This document shows positions 51,250 through 63,297 of a stretch of DNA of 64,000 nt, in pieces. The stretch is from positions 12,898,001 to 12,962,000 of the forward strand of contig CM075990.1 in the NCBI GenBank assembly GCA_038087875.1. Reading direction: 5' to 3'. The position numbers were made by a program, and so were the translations under genes. Source of the DNA: Malacoraja senta (lineage: Eukaryota). The notes below the pieces were generated by a model, which worked only from the letters and a program-made list of their open reading frames with translations, was not told the origin of the DNA and did no database searches. Every line of letters starts with the position of its first letter. The stretch's first letter is position 1.

Positions 51250-53310
51250 CTAATTCCCGGGATGGCGGGACTGTCATATGCTGAGAGAATGGAGCGGCTG
51301 GGCTTGTACAATCTGGAGTTTAGAAGAATGAGAGGGAATCTTCTTGAAACATGTAAGATTATTAAGGGTTTGGACACGTTAGAGGCAGGAAACATGTTCC
51401 CAATGTTCCCAATCACTGTACACCTCCATCCCCCACCAGGATGGTCTCGAAGCCCTCTGTTTTTTCCTCAACCAGAGAAGCAACCTATACCCGGCCACTG
51501 ACACCCTCCTCCGCCTAGCGGAGCTGGTCCTTACCCACAATAACTTCTCATTTGACTTCTCCCATTTCCTCCAAATACAAGGCGTAGCTATGGGCACACG
51601 CATGGGCCCCAGCTACGCCTGCCTCTTTGTCGGGTACGTAGAACAATCCTTGTTCAATACGTACCTGGGCCCCATCCCCGACCTCTACCTCCGCTACATC
51701 GATGACTGTTTTGGTGCCACCTCCTGCACCCACACACAACTGACTGACTTCATCCGCTTCACCACCAACTTCCATCCGGCACTCAAATACACCTGGACCA
51801 TTTCCGACACTTCCCTACCATTCCTTGACCTCACTATCTCCATCGCAGGTGATAGACTTCTTACCGACATCCATTACAAACCTACCGACTCCCATGGCTA
51901 TCTGGACTACACTTCTTCCCACCCTGCTTCCTGTAAGGATTCCATCCCCCACTCCCAATTCCTCCGTCTACGCCGCATCTGCTCCCAGGATGAGGCGTTC
52001 CACACCAGGGCATCCGAAATGTCCTCATTCTTCAGGGAACGGGGATTCCCCTCCTCCACCATAGATGAGGCTCGCACCAGGGTCTCTGCCATACCCCGCA
52101 ACACTGCTCTCTCTCCCCATCCCACCACTCACAACAAGGGCAGAGTCCCCCTAGTCCTCACCTTTCACCCCACCAGCCGTCACATACAACAAGTGATCCT
52201 CCGTCAGTTTCGCCACCTCCAACGTGACCCCACCACTCGCCACATCTTCCCATCACCCCCCATGTCTGCCTTCCGCAAAGACCGCTCCCTCCGTAACTCC
52301 CTTGTCAATTCTTCCCTTCCCTCCCGTACCACCCCCTTCCCGGGTACTTTCCCTTGCAACCGCAAGAGATGCAACACTTGTCCCTTCACCTCCCCCCTCG
52401 ACTCCATTCAAGGACCTAAGCAGTCGTTCCAGGTTCAGAGGTTCACCTGCATCTCCTCCAACCACCTCATCTATTGCATCCGCTGCTCTAGATGTCAGCT
52501 GATCTACATCGGTGAGACCAAGCATAGGCTTGGCGATTGTTTCGCCGAACACCTCCGGTCGGTCCGCAATAACCAACCTGACCTCCCGGTGGCTCAGCAC
52601 TTCAACTCCCCCTCCCATTCCGTATCTGACCTCTCTGTCCTGGGTCTCCTCCATGGCCACAGCGAGCAACACCGGAAATTGGAGGAAATGCACCTCATAT
52701 TCCGCTTGGGCAGTCTACATCCTGGGGGCATGAACATTGATTTCTCCCAATTCTGCTAGCCCTTGCTGACCCCTCCCCTTCATCAGCCCTCTGGTTGTCT
52801 CCTCCCATCCCCCAGCCCTCGGGCTCCTCCTCCGCCTTTTTCCTTTCTTCTCCCCACCCCCTATCAGTCTGAAGAAGGGTTTCGGCCCGAAACATTGCCT
52901 ATTTCCTTCGCTCCATAGATGCTGCTGCACCCGCTGAGTTTCTCCAGCATTTTTGTGTACCTTCGATTTTCCAGCATCTGCAGTTCCTTCTTTAACAACA
53001 TGTTCCCAATGTTGGGGGAGTCCAGAACCAGGGGCCACAGTTTAAGAATAAGGGGTAAGCCATTTAGAACGGAGATGAGGAAACACTTTTTCTCACAGAG
53101 AGTTGTGGGTCTGTGGGATTCTCTGCCTCAGAGGGCGGTGGAGGCCGGTTCTCTGGATACGTTCAAGAGAGAGCTAGATAGGGCTCTTAAAGATAGCGGA
53201 GTCAGGGGATATGGGGAGAAGGCAGGAACGGGGTACTGCTTGGGGATGATCAGCCATGATCACATTGAAAGGCGGTGTTGGCTCGAAGGGCCGAATGGCC
53301 TACTCCTGCC
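51250..53310 (+). mobile_element. CR1 3' fragment split by the Penelope-like insertion
   Basis: MAGLSYAERMERLGLYNLEFRRMRGNL... continues after 52997 as MFPMLGESRTRGHSLRIRG. Confidence 0.88.
51408..52996 (+). mobile_element. 5'-truncated Penelope-like retroelement (RT C-terminal part + GIY-YIG endonuclease + 3' terminal repeat) nested in a CR1 fragment in a SPOCK2 intron
   Basis: Stop-free frame 51413-52759 with SLYTSIP, GVAMGTRMGPSYA, YLRYIDD, IHYKPT and IYCIRCSRCQLIYIGET; flanked by a 17-bp duplication aacatgttcccaatgtt (51391-51407 / 52997-53013). Confidence 0.93.
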
Positions 53311-53698
53311 CCTGCAGGCATGAAAGGTGTTATTTTCTATTGGCTTCATTCTCGAAAATACAATGCAATTTCTCGGCTGGTTCTCAGGATTCTCACTTGT
53401 CCAGCATTTTTACAATGAGGATCTGAAAATTCCAAGTGTTTGTTCTCCAGCAGATATCTGGCACACAGCAAGTTCCCAACATGGAATGAGAGACTATGTA
53501 AAAGATGCAGAGTCGTGGGCAGAGTGTCGAGGCAGGTGGTGCAAGGATTTTGAGTAGGAATGCATCAAATCCTGGAGCCCAATTGGAAGAGGATCTTTTA
53601 TTGGTCATCTATTTATTGGTGGAATGTGCCCGTTGATCTCTCTGCAGTGGCATCTACACATCGATAGATATTGAGGACAGAATGCTTCATGATCTCAC

Positions 53699-53809
53699 CA
53701 CTGTCCGTTGACCTGCCCGAGGTGTTTTGCTTGGCGTTTTCGTGCAGTAGTTGGAACCAGTCCCTGAGTCGATCACCAAGATCTGCGAGGTCCTGGCCTG
53801 TGCACCCAT
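53699..53809 (-). CDS. SPOCK2: SPOCK2 coding exon (start of SPARC extracellular Ca-binding domain)
   Basis: Acceptor ccatctag|AT, donor AGTG|gtgaga; 111 nt, phase 1 to 1; DGCTGQDLADLGDRLRDWFQLLHENAKQNTSGRSTDS. CTGQDLADLGDRLRDWFQLLHEN matches testican-2 as I recall it rather than testican-1/3. Confidence 0.96.
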
Positions 53810-54063
53810 CTAGATGGAGAGAGGGGCAGAGAGCAAGAGATAAAGGAGCTGTGAGCATTTGGCAACTGCACCCACGTTATGGTGGTACAAGACATTGGAG
53901 CAGGAGCAATGCAACCCTTGTCCATTGTGTGGAGACAAGGTGGATGGGCAAGGGAGGGAGGGTATTTGGGGACAAGATGGCACAATTGGTGATGATACAA
54001 AGCAAGCCCAGTGGCTGCCTGTAAAAACAGCTTGCCTGATATTCATATCTATTGAATTAATAA

Positions 54064-54566
54064 AGGGGCTGTCCCACTGCGGCGACCTAATTGGCGAGTT
54101 TAGAAGAGTTTGCTCTCAACTCATACTCGCAGCATGGTCGACACGAGGTCCTAGGAGGTCTTTGTAACTCTCCTTTATGCTCGAGAGTAGTCCCCGCGTA
54201 TTCGAGGCCTCAGCTAGGTCGCGGCGTATTTTTCAACATGCTGAGAAATGCCCGCAAGTAAAAAAAGATCGCCATGGAAAAAAAAATCGATATTGTTTTT
54301 ACTCGTAGGTTAAGTTGAAGTAGGCCGTAGTAGGTCGGCATGTTAATCGTAGGCAATCGAGGGTAGTCGAAGGTAGTCGTAGATAGTCTTCAAAATAGTC
54401 GAAGGGAGGTCGAAGGAGGTTGTCTTCACTCTCTACTATTCGGTGTCCAATTTTCCCGAAGCTAGTCGAAGCTAGTCTTCAACATAGTCGAAGGAGGTCT
54501 TCAACATGACACTTTTTCAAACTCTCCTAAACTCGCCAATTAGGTTGCCGCAGTGGGACAGCCCCT
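54064..54566. mobile_element. PIF/Harbinger-type MITE
   Basis: TIR aggggctgtcccactgcggcgacctaattggcgagtttag; TAA / TAA TSD; internal agtcgaag repeats. Confidence 0.88.
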
Positions 54567-55661
54567 TAAATCAGGCAGATGTTGCAACAAACACTGAACA
54601 TGCAACGACTGTGCGACCTCTGAATTCTGAGGTTTCGCAGCTCTGCGTGTTTGTACAGTTTAGTTCAGAGATACAGGGCAGAAACAGGCCCCTTGTACCA
54701 CCGGGTCCGCGCCGACCAGCGATCCCCGCACACTAACACTATCCTACATACACTAGGGACAATTTATGTTTTTATCAAGCCAATTAGCCTACAAACCTCT
54801 TTACGTCTTTGGAGTGTGGGAGGAACACTGAATGTGTGGAGTTTGCACGCTCTCCCCGTGACCCTGCGTGAGTTTCCATAAGGTGCACCAATTCCCTCTC
54901 ACATCCCAAATATGTGCTCAAGTTGGTCTGTCATTCAGTGACTGTAACTTGCTTCTAATTTAAGTGGTGATGGAGTGGCAAGGAAGGCGAGCAGGATAGG
55001 TTACAGCAAAAAATACTGGGAGAATGGGATGACTCTCTCATTGACATAGGCACAATGGGCTGCATCGCCTCCTATTTTAATAGGAAATATGGAAGTCTAC
55101 ACACTTTTGAATAGTGAAAGGCCTGGATAGAGTGGATGTGGAGAGGATGTTTCCACTAGTGCGAGAGTCTAGGACCAGAGGCCATAGCCTCCGAATAGAA
55201 GGACATACTTTTAGAAAGGAGATGAGGAATTTCTTTAGTCAGAGGGTGGTGAATCTGTGGAATTCATTGTCACAGAATGCGAGGGAGGCCAAGTGATTGC
55301 ATATTTTTAAGGCAGAGATAGATAGATTCTTGATTAGTACGGGGGTCAGGGGTTATGGGGAGAAGGCAGGAGAATGGGGTTGAGAGGGAGAGATAGATCA
55401 GCCATGATTGAATGGCGGAGTGGACTTGATGGGCCGAATGGCCTAATTCTGCTCCAATTTATAGCCACCTGATTCCCTTATACTTCATGTTCCTTAATGG
55501 GCTAGACCCTATCAATCGCAGCCTTGAGCAACCGTAGCATCCGAGCAACCACAGCCCTATACGTTAAAATGAGCAGAGACCATCAGGTCCATGGCTATCA
55601 CCCAGCCATTCCTGGGCTGCCCAGTTAGCACTGGCTCCCTGCGCGTGTGTCTGGCATTCAC

Positions 55662-55776
55662 CTGGTTTGTTGCCTTGATCAGAGGTGGACATGTGTCCGG
55701 TGGGGCATGGACACTTGCCTTTGCACTGCTGGCTGAGTTGTTTCCCAGTCAGACATACCTGTAGCTCCAGTTTACA
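55662..55776 (-). CDS. SPOCK2: SPOCK2 coding exon (Kazal domain, C-terminal half)
   Basis: Acceptor ctctctgcag|TGT, donor CCAG|gtgaat; 115 nt, phase 0 to 1; CKLELQVCLTGKQLSQQCKGKCPCPTGHMSTSDQGNKP. Confidence 0.95.
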
Positions 55777-57860
55777 CTGCAGAGAGGAGAGGAGAGGGAG
55801 AAGAAGAAAGCCAGGAGATAAAGAGAGATTAGAAGCAGACAATGCGATGATCTCACTTGGACAATGTCCAACATGCACAGCTGATCATTGTAGAACGAGC
55901 TGCCGGCTGGCATGATTAATCCTTTTAATTATTTCCTTTTAATTAGTTCTCCTTTTTCTTTCTCCAAAGGTTATTTTCATTCTAGTTTGATGGAGTGGCG
56001 TTGGGCACCTGCCCAACACTGCCTGCATAAACAGAGCAATCCTAAGTGATAGGAGTAGAATTAGGCCATTCGGCCCATCAAGTCTACTCCGCCATTCAAT
56101 CATGGCTGATCTGTCCCTCCCTCCTAAGCAATCCGCCCCCTGAAATCATTAGCACAAAACATGGGGCCCGATTAAGAAAAATAAGATGGTATAACTTAAA
56201 AATAAGGATGGCTCAACTTCACGTCATTCTAGCTCGGGAATGAAGGTTTGAGATTGTCAAATCTATTGACAAACTGCCTCAGTCCCACCTCAATCTGTAT
56301 TAAGTGTGTGATGCTGTAACTCAATCCCACACACAGGTGACATTTGTGGTTTTGTGGGTCAAACTTGTGCCTTATTAGTGGGTTTAAATCCCAAACTGGG
56401 ACAGTTTCTTCCCAGCTGTTATCAGGCAACTGAATCATCCTACCACAACCAGAGAGCAGTGCTGAACTACTATCTACCTCATTGGTGACACTCAGACTAG
56501 CCTTGATTCAACTTTGCTGGGTTTGCCTTGCATTAAGTGTTATTCCATTATCATGTATCATCTATACACTGTAAATGGCTCGATTATAATCATGTACTGC
56601 CTTTAAGCTGACTGGGTAGCACGTAACAAAAGCTTTTCACTGTACCTCGGTACACGTGTCAATAAACTAAACTGACGGACATTCTTGAGACGGCTTGCAG
56701 TACTGAGGATGTTTTGCATTGTTCATGGCACTGCCTTGTTAAATATCATAGGGCGGCACGGTGGTGCAGCGGTAGGGTTGCTGCCTTACAGCGCCAGAAA
56801 CACGGGTGCTGTCTGTATGGAGTTTGTACATTCTCCCCGTGACCTGCATGGGTTTCCTCCGGGTGCTCCGGTTTCCTCCCACACTCCAAAGACGTACCGA
56901 TTAGTGGGTTAATTGGCTTTGGTAAAATTGTAAATTGTCTTCAGTGTGTGTAGGATGGTGCTAGTGTGTGGGGATCACTGGCCTAACTCTAACAAGTAGA
57001 GCTGGGGGTCAGACTGGAGGAGATTATGGGACAAGGTTGTACAAAGACAGTGAAGGATTTTAATAGAATTGCTGTGGCTGTAAATCTTAAATAAAAATAG
57101 AAAATACTCGAAATATTGAGCAGGTCAGGTCACATCTGCGGAAAGAAAAACAGAGTGAATGTTTCACATTGACGTGCCAGGCATGTCTTCCTGCTCTGCA
57201 TTTTGCAACTGCTATATCCTTTCGTCTATGTTCTCACTCTCTTTCTGCTCCCAATCACTCCTTGACTAGATAACCTTGTTTACTGCTCGTCCCAATGGCC
57301 ACCCCTGCAGCCTAGCAAGCTTCCCTTCCCAGATCTGACGGAGACGTCTTCAACCTAAAGCGCTGACTCTGTTTCTCTTCCCACAGATGCCGCCTGACCT
57401 GCTGAGTTTTTCCAGTATTTTATGCTTCCGTATTCTATGAGGGAATTTTAAATCAGTCCACGGGGAGTTAAGTGTTCCAGCAATGAACAGCTTCGAGTAA
57501 TGGAATAAATTAAAAATGATGATCGCAACAGAACACAAGCCTTTCTGTGAGTAAAGACACTGAGCAAAACACTTAATTTTAATTACAAATGTGCAATGTA
57601 TATTAATATAACATTTGTGTTTTCCCAGCAAACAGTGACACGGAGCTATATCAGTCGATTCAGGCAGCATAAACAATCATCAACATCATCTATAATTTCA
57701 TTTTATCTTCAGGGAAAGTCAGACTAATGACCAGTGGTTACAGCAGTAGATTTTATCGACAATTGCAGCCACGCTCAAATCCCACACTGACAACTTGTGA
57801 GAGTTGAATCCAATAAATCTAGTCAGCGATGGAATCTGATCAAGTTAATGCAGAGACTTT

Positions 57861-57988
57861 AAGGTAGACAAAAGTGCTGGAGAAACTCAGCGGGTGCAGC
57901 AACATCTCCATAGATGCTGCTGCACCCGCTGAGTTTCTCCAGCACTTTTGTCTACCTTTGATTTTCCAGCATCTGCAGTTCCTTCTTA
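57861..57988. mobile_element. Short inverted dimer of Penelope terminal repeat (hammerhead core absent)
   Basis: TSD aatgcagagacttt at 57847-57860 / 57989-58002. Confidence 0.85.
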
Positions 57989-58110
57989 AATGCAGAGACT
58001 TTGATGTTTATTCTCCATTGTTTGCAAAACCCTGACTCCAAACTTCACCGCAAGTAGTTCCTACCTTGGGGGAAACAGAGCTATTGTTGGAAGGATTGTT
58101 ATGGTTCAAG

Positions 58111-58408
58111 AAGGTGGCGCGGCGGTAGAGTTGCTGCCTTGCTACGCCAGAGATCCGGGTTCGATCCTGACTATGGGTGCTGTCTGTACGGAGTTTGTAC
58201 GTTCTCCTTGTGACCCGTGTGGGTTTTCTCCCGGAGCTCTGGTTTCCACCCACACTCCAAAGATGTACAGGCTTGTAGGTTAATTGGTATAATTGTAAAT
58301 TATCCCTAGTATGTGTAGGACAGTGTTAGTGTGCGGGGATCGCTGGTCGGCATGGACTCGATGGGCCGAAGGGTCTGTTTCCTTGCTGTACCTCTAAACT
58401 AAACTAAA
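58111..58408 (+). mobile_element. HE1/V-SINE-type SINE
   Basis: Same consensus; further copies at ~36040-36370, 50470-50915 and 56750-56980 (+) and at 1-35, 5985-6125, 14870-15050 and 54655-54825 (-). Confidence 0.85.
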
Positions 58409-59284
58409 ATAAAAGTGTTTTACCACCACTTTGCAAGGGCAATTTGGGAAAGGCAACAGATGTTGACCTTGCCAGTTGTAACCAGATTGCAAAAAAAAAA
58501 AAGAATTAAAGATAATTAAAAACTAGTCGCACAAAATGAAACCAACAAGTGGGGTTACCACACACAAGGACGATCCAGAGATTCTTTTTTCTGGATATAT
58601 ATATAATTTATATAATGGTATATGGACACACTGATCTGTTTTGTAGTCAATGCCTACTATGTTCTGTTGTGCTGAAGCAAAGCAAGAATTTCATTGTCCT
58701 ATCAGGGACACATGGCAATAAACTCTCTTGAATCTTGAATCTTGAAGAAGAGTTCCGGTGTTTGGGAAGGATGTTGAAGGGAATAGAATCCAACTCTGAC
58801 ACGAGATGTCTTCAGATCTTTCCATCTCAAATGCATGGAGGGAGAGACAAGAGAAAAAACGGCCAACTAAAGCATAGCTGGGCAGAGAGGAGATGGTTGT
58901 AAACCGGGGAGAGGAAAGAAAGAAAACGATGTGTATGTTCTCCGTGCTGTGAATGCAAGGAGGCTGTCAGACACCCTTTGCCATGAGTAATGTCATAGAA
59001 GTTAGTTTAATATTCTGAAACTTGCCCAACACATTCCCCCCCCCCCCCCCACCTTACAAAACTAATTGTCGATAAACGTTCCTACCAACAGAAAAATCAT
59101 TCCTAATTGTATGCAAGATTTACACTTCTAAATTGACACTTCTAATTACACTTCAGCATAAATAACAATAGGTTATAAAAATCTATTCTTACCAACAACC
59201 ACCAACCACTACAAACACCAACTGGACACCAAACTACAAATTGTCCTGATTGCATTAGGGACTTTGGCTTTTAGTTTAGTTTTA

Positions 59285-59778
59285 CATAGATACATAGAAA
59301 ATAGGTGCAGGAGTAGGCCATTCGGCCCTTCAAGCCTGCACCGCCATTCAATATGATCATGGCTGATCATCCAACTCAGTATCCCGTACCTGCCTTCTCT
59401 CCATACCCCCTGATCCCCTTAGCCACAAGGGCCACATCTAACTCCCTCTTAAATATAGCCAATGAACTGGCCTCAACTACCCTCTGTGGCAGAGAGTTCC
59501 AGAGATTCACCACTCTCTGTGTGAAAAAGTTTTTCCTCATCTCGGTCTTAAAGGATTTCCCCCTTATCCTTAAGCTGTGACCCCTTGTCCTGGACTTCCC
59601 CAACATCGGGAACAATCTTCCTGCATCTAGCCTGTCCAACTCCATAAGAATTTTGTACGTTTCTATAAGATCCCCTCTCAATCTCCTAAATTCTAAGTCT
59701 ATCCAGTCTTTCTTCATATGAAAGTCCTGACATCCCAGGAATCAGTCTGGTGAACCTTCTCTGCACTCCCTCTATGGC
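59285..59778 (-). mobile_element. CR1 LINE 3' fragment
   Basis: LEFRRLRGDLIETYKILMELDRLDAGRLFPMLGKSRTRGHSLRIRG; other CR1 ends at ~7855, 14085, 20315, 27225, 29130, 40545, 44380, 45295, 47115 and 55112. Confidence 0.9.
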
Positions 59779-60428
59779 TATAATGTCACTAATGCTGATT
59801 TTTTTGTTATTAAACCTGTTTTTCTTTTGTTGTTTTATTATGCCACCTATTGTGTTTACAGTCCTGTTAATCTGCTACAAGTATGAATTTTATTGTTCTG
59901 TTTTGGTGCGTATGACAATTGAACACTTGAAATATTCACAAAATGCTGGAGTAACTCAGCGGGTCAGGCAGCATCTCTGGAGTAAAGGAGTGGGTGACGT
60001 TTCGTACGTAGCCTCTCTGGAGGACTAGGTGACATTTTACAGGTCGAGATCCTTTTTCAAAATCTGAAGAAGGATCTCGAACCGAACCATCACCTACTCC
60101 TTTTCCCCAGAGATGCTGCCTGACCCGCTGAGTAACTCCAGCATTTTATGTTAACCTTTGGTTTTAACCAGCATTTGCAATTTCTTCCTACACAATCTTG
60201 AAATATTAGCTTGAATGCCTGCTTATGGACAACAACACTGCTGGAAATGCTGCAGCTACACACCACTGTGGCAGTAATATACTGTACTTTGCGTGGAAAA
60301 TGGAAAGTTTTGATTTGGGCTATCCATACTGCAACATGGAGTGCAACCACTTTAGCACCATTACCAAACCAAGGCCTCTCTGGTGTTGCAGCGACAAAAT
60401 ACATAAAAGCCTTTCAGTTTATTGTACC

Positions 60429-60956
60429 CAAAGATCTTATAGCGGAGCAAGATAGACCACTCCTGCTAAATGCAATGGGCTGACGTGTAGTACGCAATGG
60501 AGCGGAACGTGGGTTTTTTTTCCATCCATTTCAGAAAACCAACCCGACCCGACCCGACTCGCAGTGTAATCAACGTTGCAGGGGAACAGTTTGTGTTAAT
60601 TAATTATAATTCTGAAAATGAGGAGAAGATTTTTACCAAAGAACTTTGATTTTTACGAGGATGTTTCCGTAACCGGCTTCCGTCTCCGCACTAGTATCTT
60701 TGCTCCGCTATGGGATCTTTGGTGCGGAGACGGAAGCCGGTTACGGAAATGGGGCCGAAAATTACCCATGAATCTGCCCATGACCGTACTACGTCTTTTT
60801 CGGCGAGTGATCTATCTTGCTTGCTTGCTTGCTATCTGAGTCATTCGTAACTGTCACTGTATGTCATGTTGTTACTTGTGGGCGGAGCACCAAGGCAAAT
60901 TCCTTGTATGTGAATACTTGGCCAATAAACGTACTTACTTACTTATAGGATCTTTA
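60429..60956 (+). mobile_element. hAT-type MITE, copy 3, with a ~110-bp LINE tail (~60836-60943) inserted in its right TIR
   Basis: Exact 8-bp TSD attgtacc (60421-60428 / 60957-60964). Confidence 0.9.
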
Positions 60957-61156
60957 ATTGTACCTGCTTTGGATGTTGGAAACAACTTTACCTCTTAACT
61001 CATCTCGTTAGCATTTTACCCAGTCCCCCCCCCCCCCCCCCCCCCCCTCCGAGTTATTTAGCCAGTTGTCTTTGGAGAGCAATTATTCAATGCGTTTTTG
61101 CTGTCGTTTTATGCTGGGTTCTGCAGTCACAGCAAATTACAGAAAAAGAGACCTAC

Positions 61157-61262
61157 CTGGGAGGTGTATGTGTGTCCATCTGAGCCACAAACAGGGGACA
61201 CTTGCACGGCTTGGCATGGCCTGCAGGGACCCTCTCCATGCTCCATCGACGACTGCTTGATT
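61157..61262 (-). CDS. SPOCK2: SPOCK2/testican-2 coding exon (Kazal domain, N-terminal half); first exon visible, upstream exons lie beyond the window
   Basis: Acceptor tgctttag|A, donor CAG|gtaggt; 106 nt, phase 2 to 0; translates (R)IKQSSMEHGEGPCRPCQAVQVSPVCGSDGHTYTSQ with the Kazal motif VCGSDGHTY. Confidence 0.93.
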
Positions 61263-62531
61263 CTAAAGCACATCAAACTCACAATGAGCAACTAAATGGC
61301 AACCAGAACTGAACACAATACACGTGTTTTTTATAGACTCCGTCTTCCTGAGAACCTCTGGAGGTCTGCTCCATTATACTGTGAGCTAACGACAATGAGT
61401 TTTGCCTCAGCCCAGCATGAACTGGTGCAAGTCCATAATGTTCTCCATATATTCCACTGTAACCGGACAACTATTGCCCCACTGGGAAGACTTGGGGCAT
61501 TAATAATCACAAGGATCAATCGGAACTAGCTCGGAAAGGATTGTTTTATTATCCGGGATCAATTCCATGTAGGTTATGCATAGCTCAAGGACAGATTCAT
61601 CACAGCAATGATCCTTTGTCAATTTTGTTCATTGAGATATTGCAGTTCTCAGCAATATGTTTGCGACTTAAGGTCAGGCTAACTCAGGATTTATCATTGA
61701 TAACGGTGAGTGAATCCAACCCAGACTGAATGGATGAAGGTTTTCCATGGCTGCTGAGGGTCAAGTGGCAGCATAAATCACGCGCCCTATCTCCTCAGAG
61801 GTTAACTCCTGACCTCAAGCAGAGCTCTGGGTTGCCGCTGGCAACTGGGCGTAACTTCAGATACTTGAGGGCGATGGCTACTGAATCGCGGATGGGATTT
61901 GTAATGGTGCAGTGTCTCGGACTGAGTCCCAGTTCAGGGGAATAAACGTCTCTCTCAGAAACATTTTGTCAGCTGTCACTGCTGGGATAAACAACCCAGC
62001 CACTAATGAGCCTCGGTGTGTTTTCTGTGGACAGAAAGGTGCCAGTAGACACGTCAATTAAAAATGAAGCCACATTGATCACAATGTATGTTCCCCGATA
62101 TTAATAAATTTAAGTTTGTGGCCAATCTACTTTTAATTTAATAAGCGTATAACGGTATAAAATCAAATTAAAATTCTAAAACATTGAAAATCTGGTTTTT
62201 GTTAACTTATTTGAGATGCTGGTACACTGCACCAGTGTATACTGTCACACCAAGGCAATGATGAACTCATGCACAAACCTCTAGTGAACAATCCAGTACG
62301 TGCTTCCCTGAAACAACTCCTTCTATGACAGAAGCACGTCTTTAATTATGTCATTATGGAAATGTAGTCATTAATGTTTGGATGATGTGCATGTGTGTGC
62401 TGTACATGTTTATTCACACATGTGTCCTGTCACTGAAGGTTGTGTGTGTGTCGTTAGTAAACTGTATCATTATCAGGATGAGCATCATTATCAATTGTAA
62501 TGTCATGATTAAGATGTGTTTTATTGTCACC

Positions 62532-62562
62532 TGTGTGTGTATGTGTGTGTATGTGTGTGTGT

Positions 62563-62621
<59 letters not shown>

Positions 62622-62636
62622 TGTGTCTGTGTGTGT

Positions 62637-62667
<31 letters not shown>

Positions 62668-62711
62668 CGCGTGTGTGTGTGTGTGGTGTGTGTGTGTGTG
62701 TGGTGTGTGGA

Positions 62712-62753
<42 letters not shown>

Positions 62754-62874
62754 CGTGTGTGTGTCTGTGTCTGTGTGTGCGCGCGTGTGCGCGTGTGCGT
62801 GTGTCTGTGTGTGTGTGTGTGTGTGCGCGCGTGTGCGTGTGTGTGTGTGTGTGGATGTGCGTGTGTGTGTGTGT

Positions 62875-62907
<33 letters not shown>

Positions 62908-63198
62908 ATGTGCGTGTGCGTGTGTCTGTGTGTGTGTGTGTGTGTGTGTGCGTGTGTGTGTCTGTGTCTGTGTGTGCGCGCGTGTGCGCGTGTGCGTGTG
63001 TCTGTGTGTGCGCGCGTGCGCGTGTGCGTGTGTGTGTGCGTGTGTGTGTCTGTGTCTGTGTGTGTGCGCGCGCGTGTGTGTGTGTGTGCGTGTGTGTGTG
63101 TGTGTGGTGTGTGTGTGTGTGTGTGTGTGTGTGGATGTGCGTGTGTGTGTGTGTGTTTGTGTGTGTGTGCGTGCGTGTGTGTGTCTGTGTCTGTGCGT

Positions 63199-63243
<45 letters not shown>

Positions 63244-63250
63244 TGTGCGT

Positions 63251-63297
<47 letters not shown>

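Noticed and set aside
54300..54510. Short interspersed repeats (agtcgaag) resembling a repeat-spacer array
   Set aside because: Irregular, no unique spacers, inside a MITE in a vertebrate intron; not CRISPR
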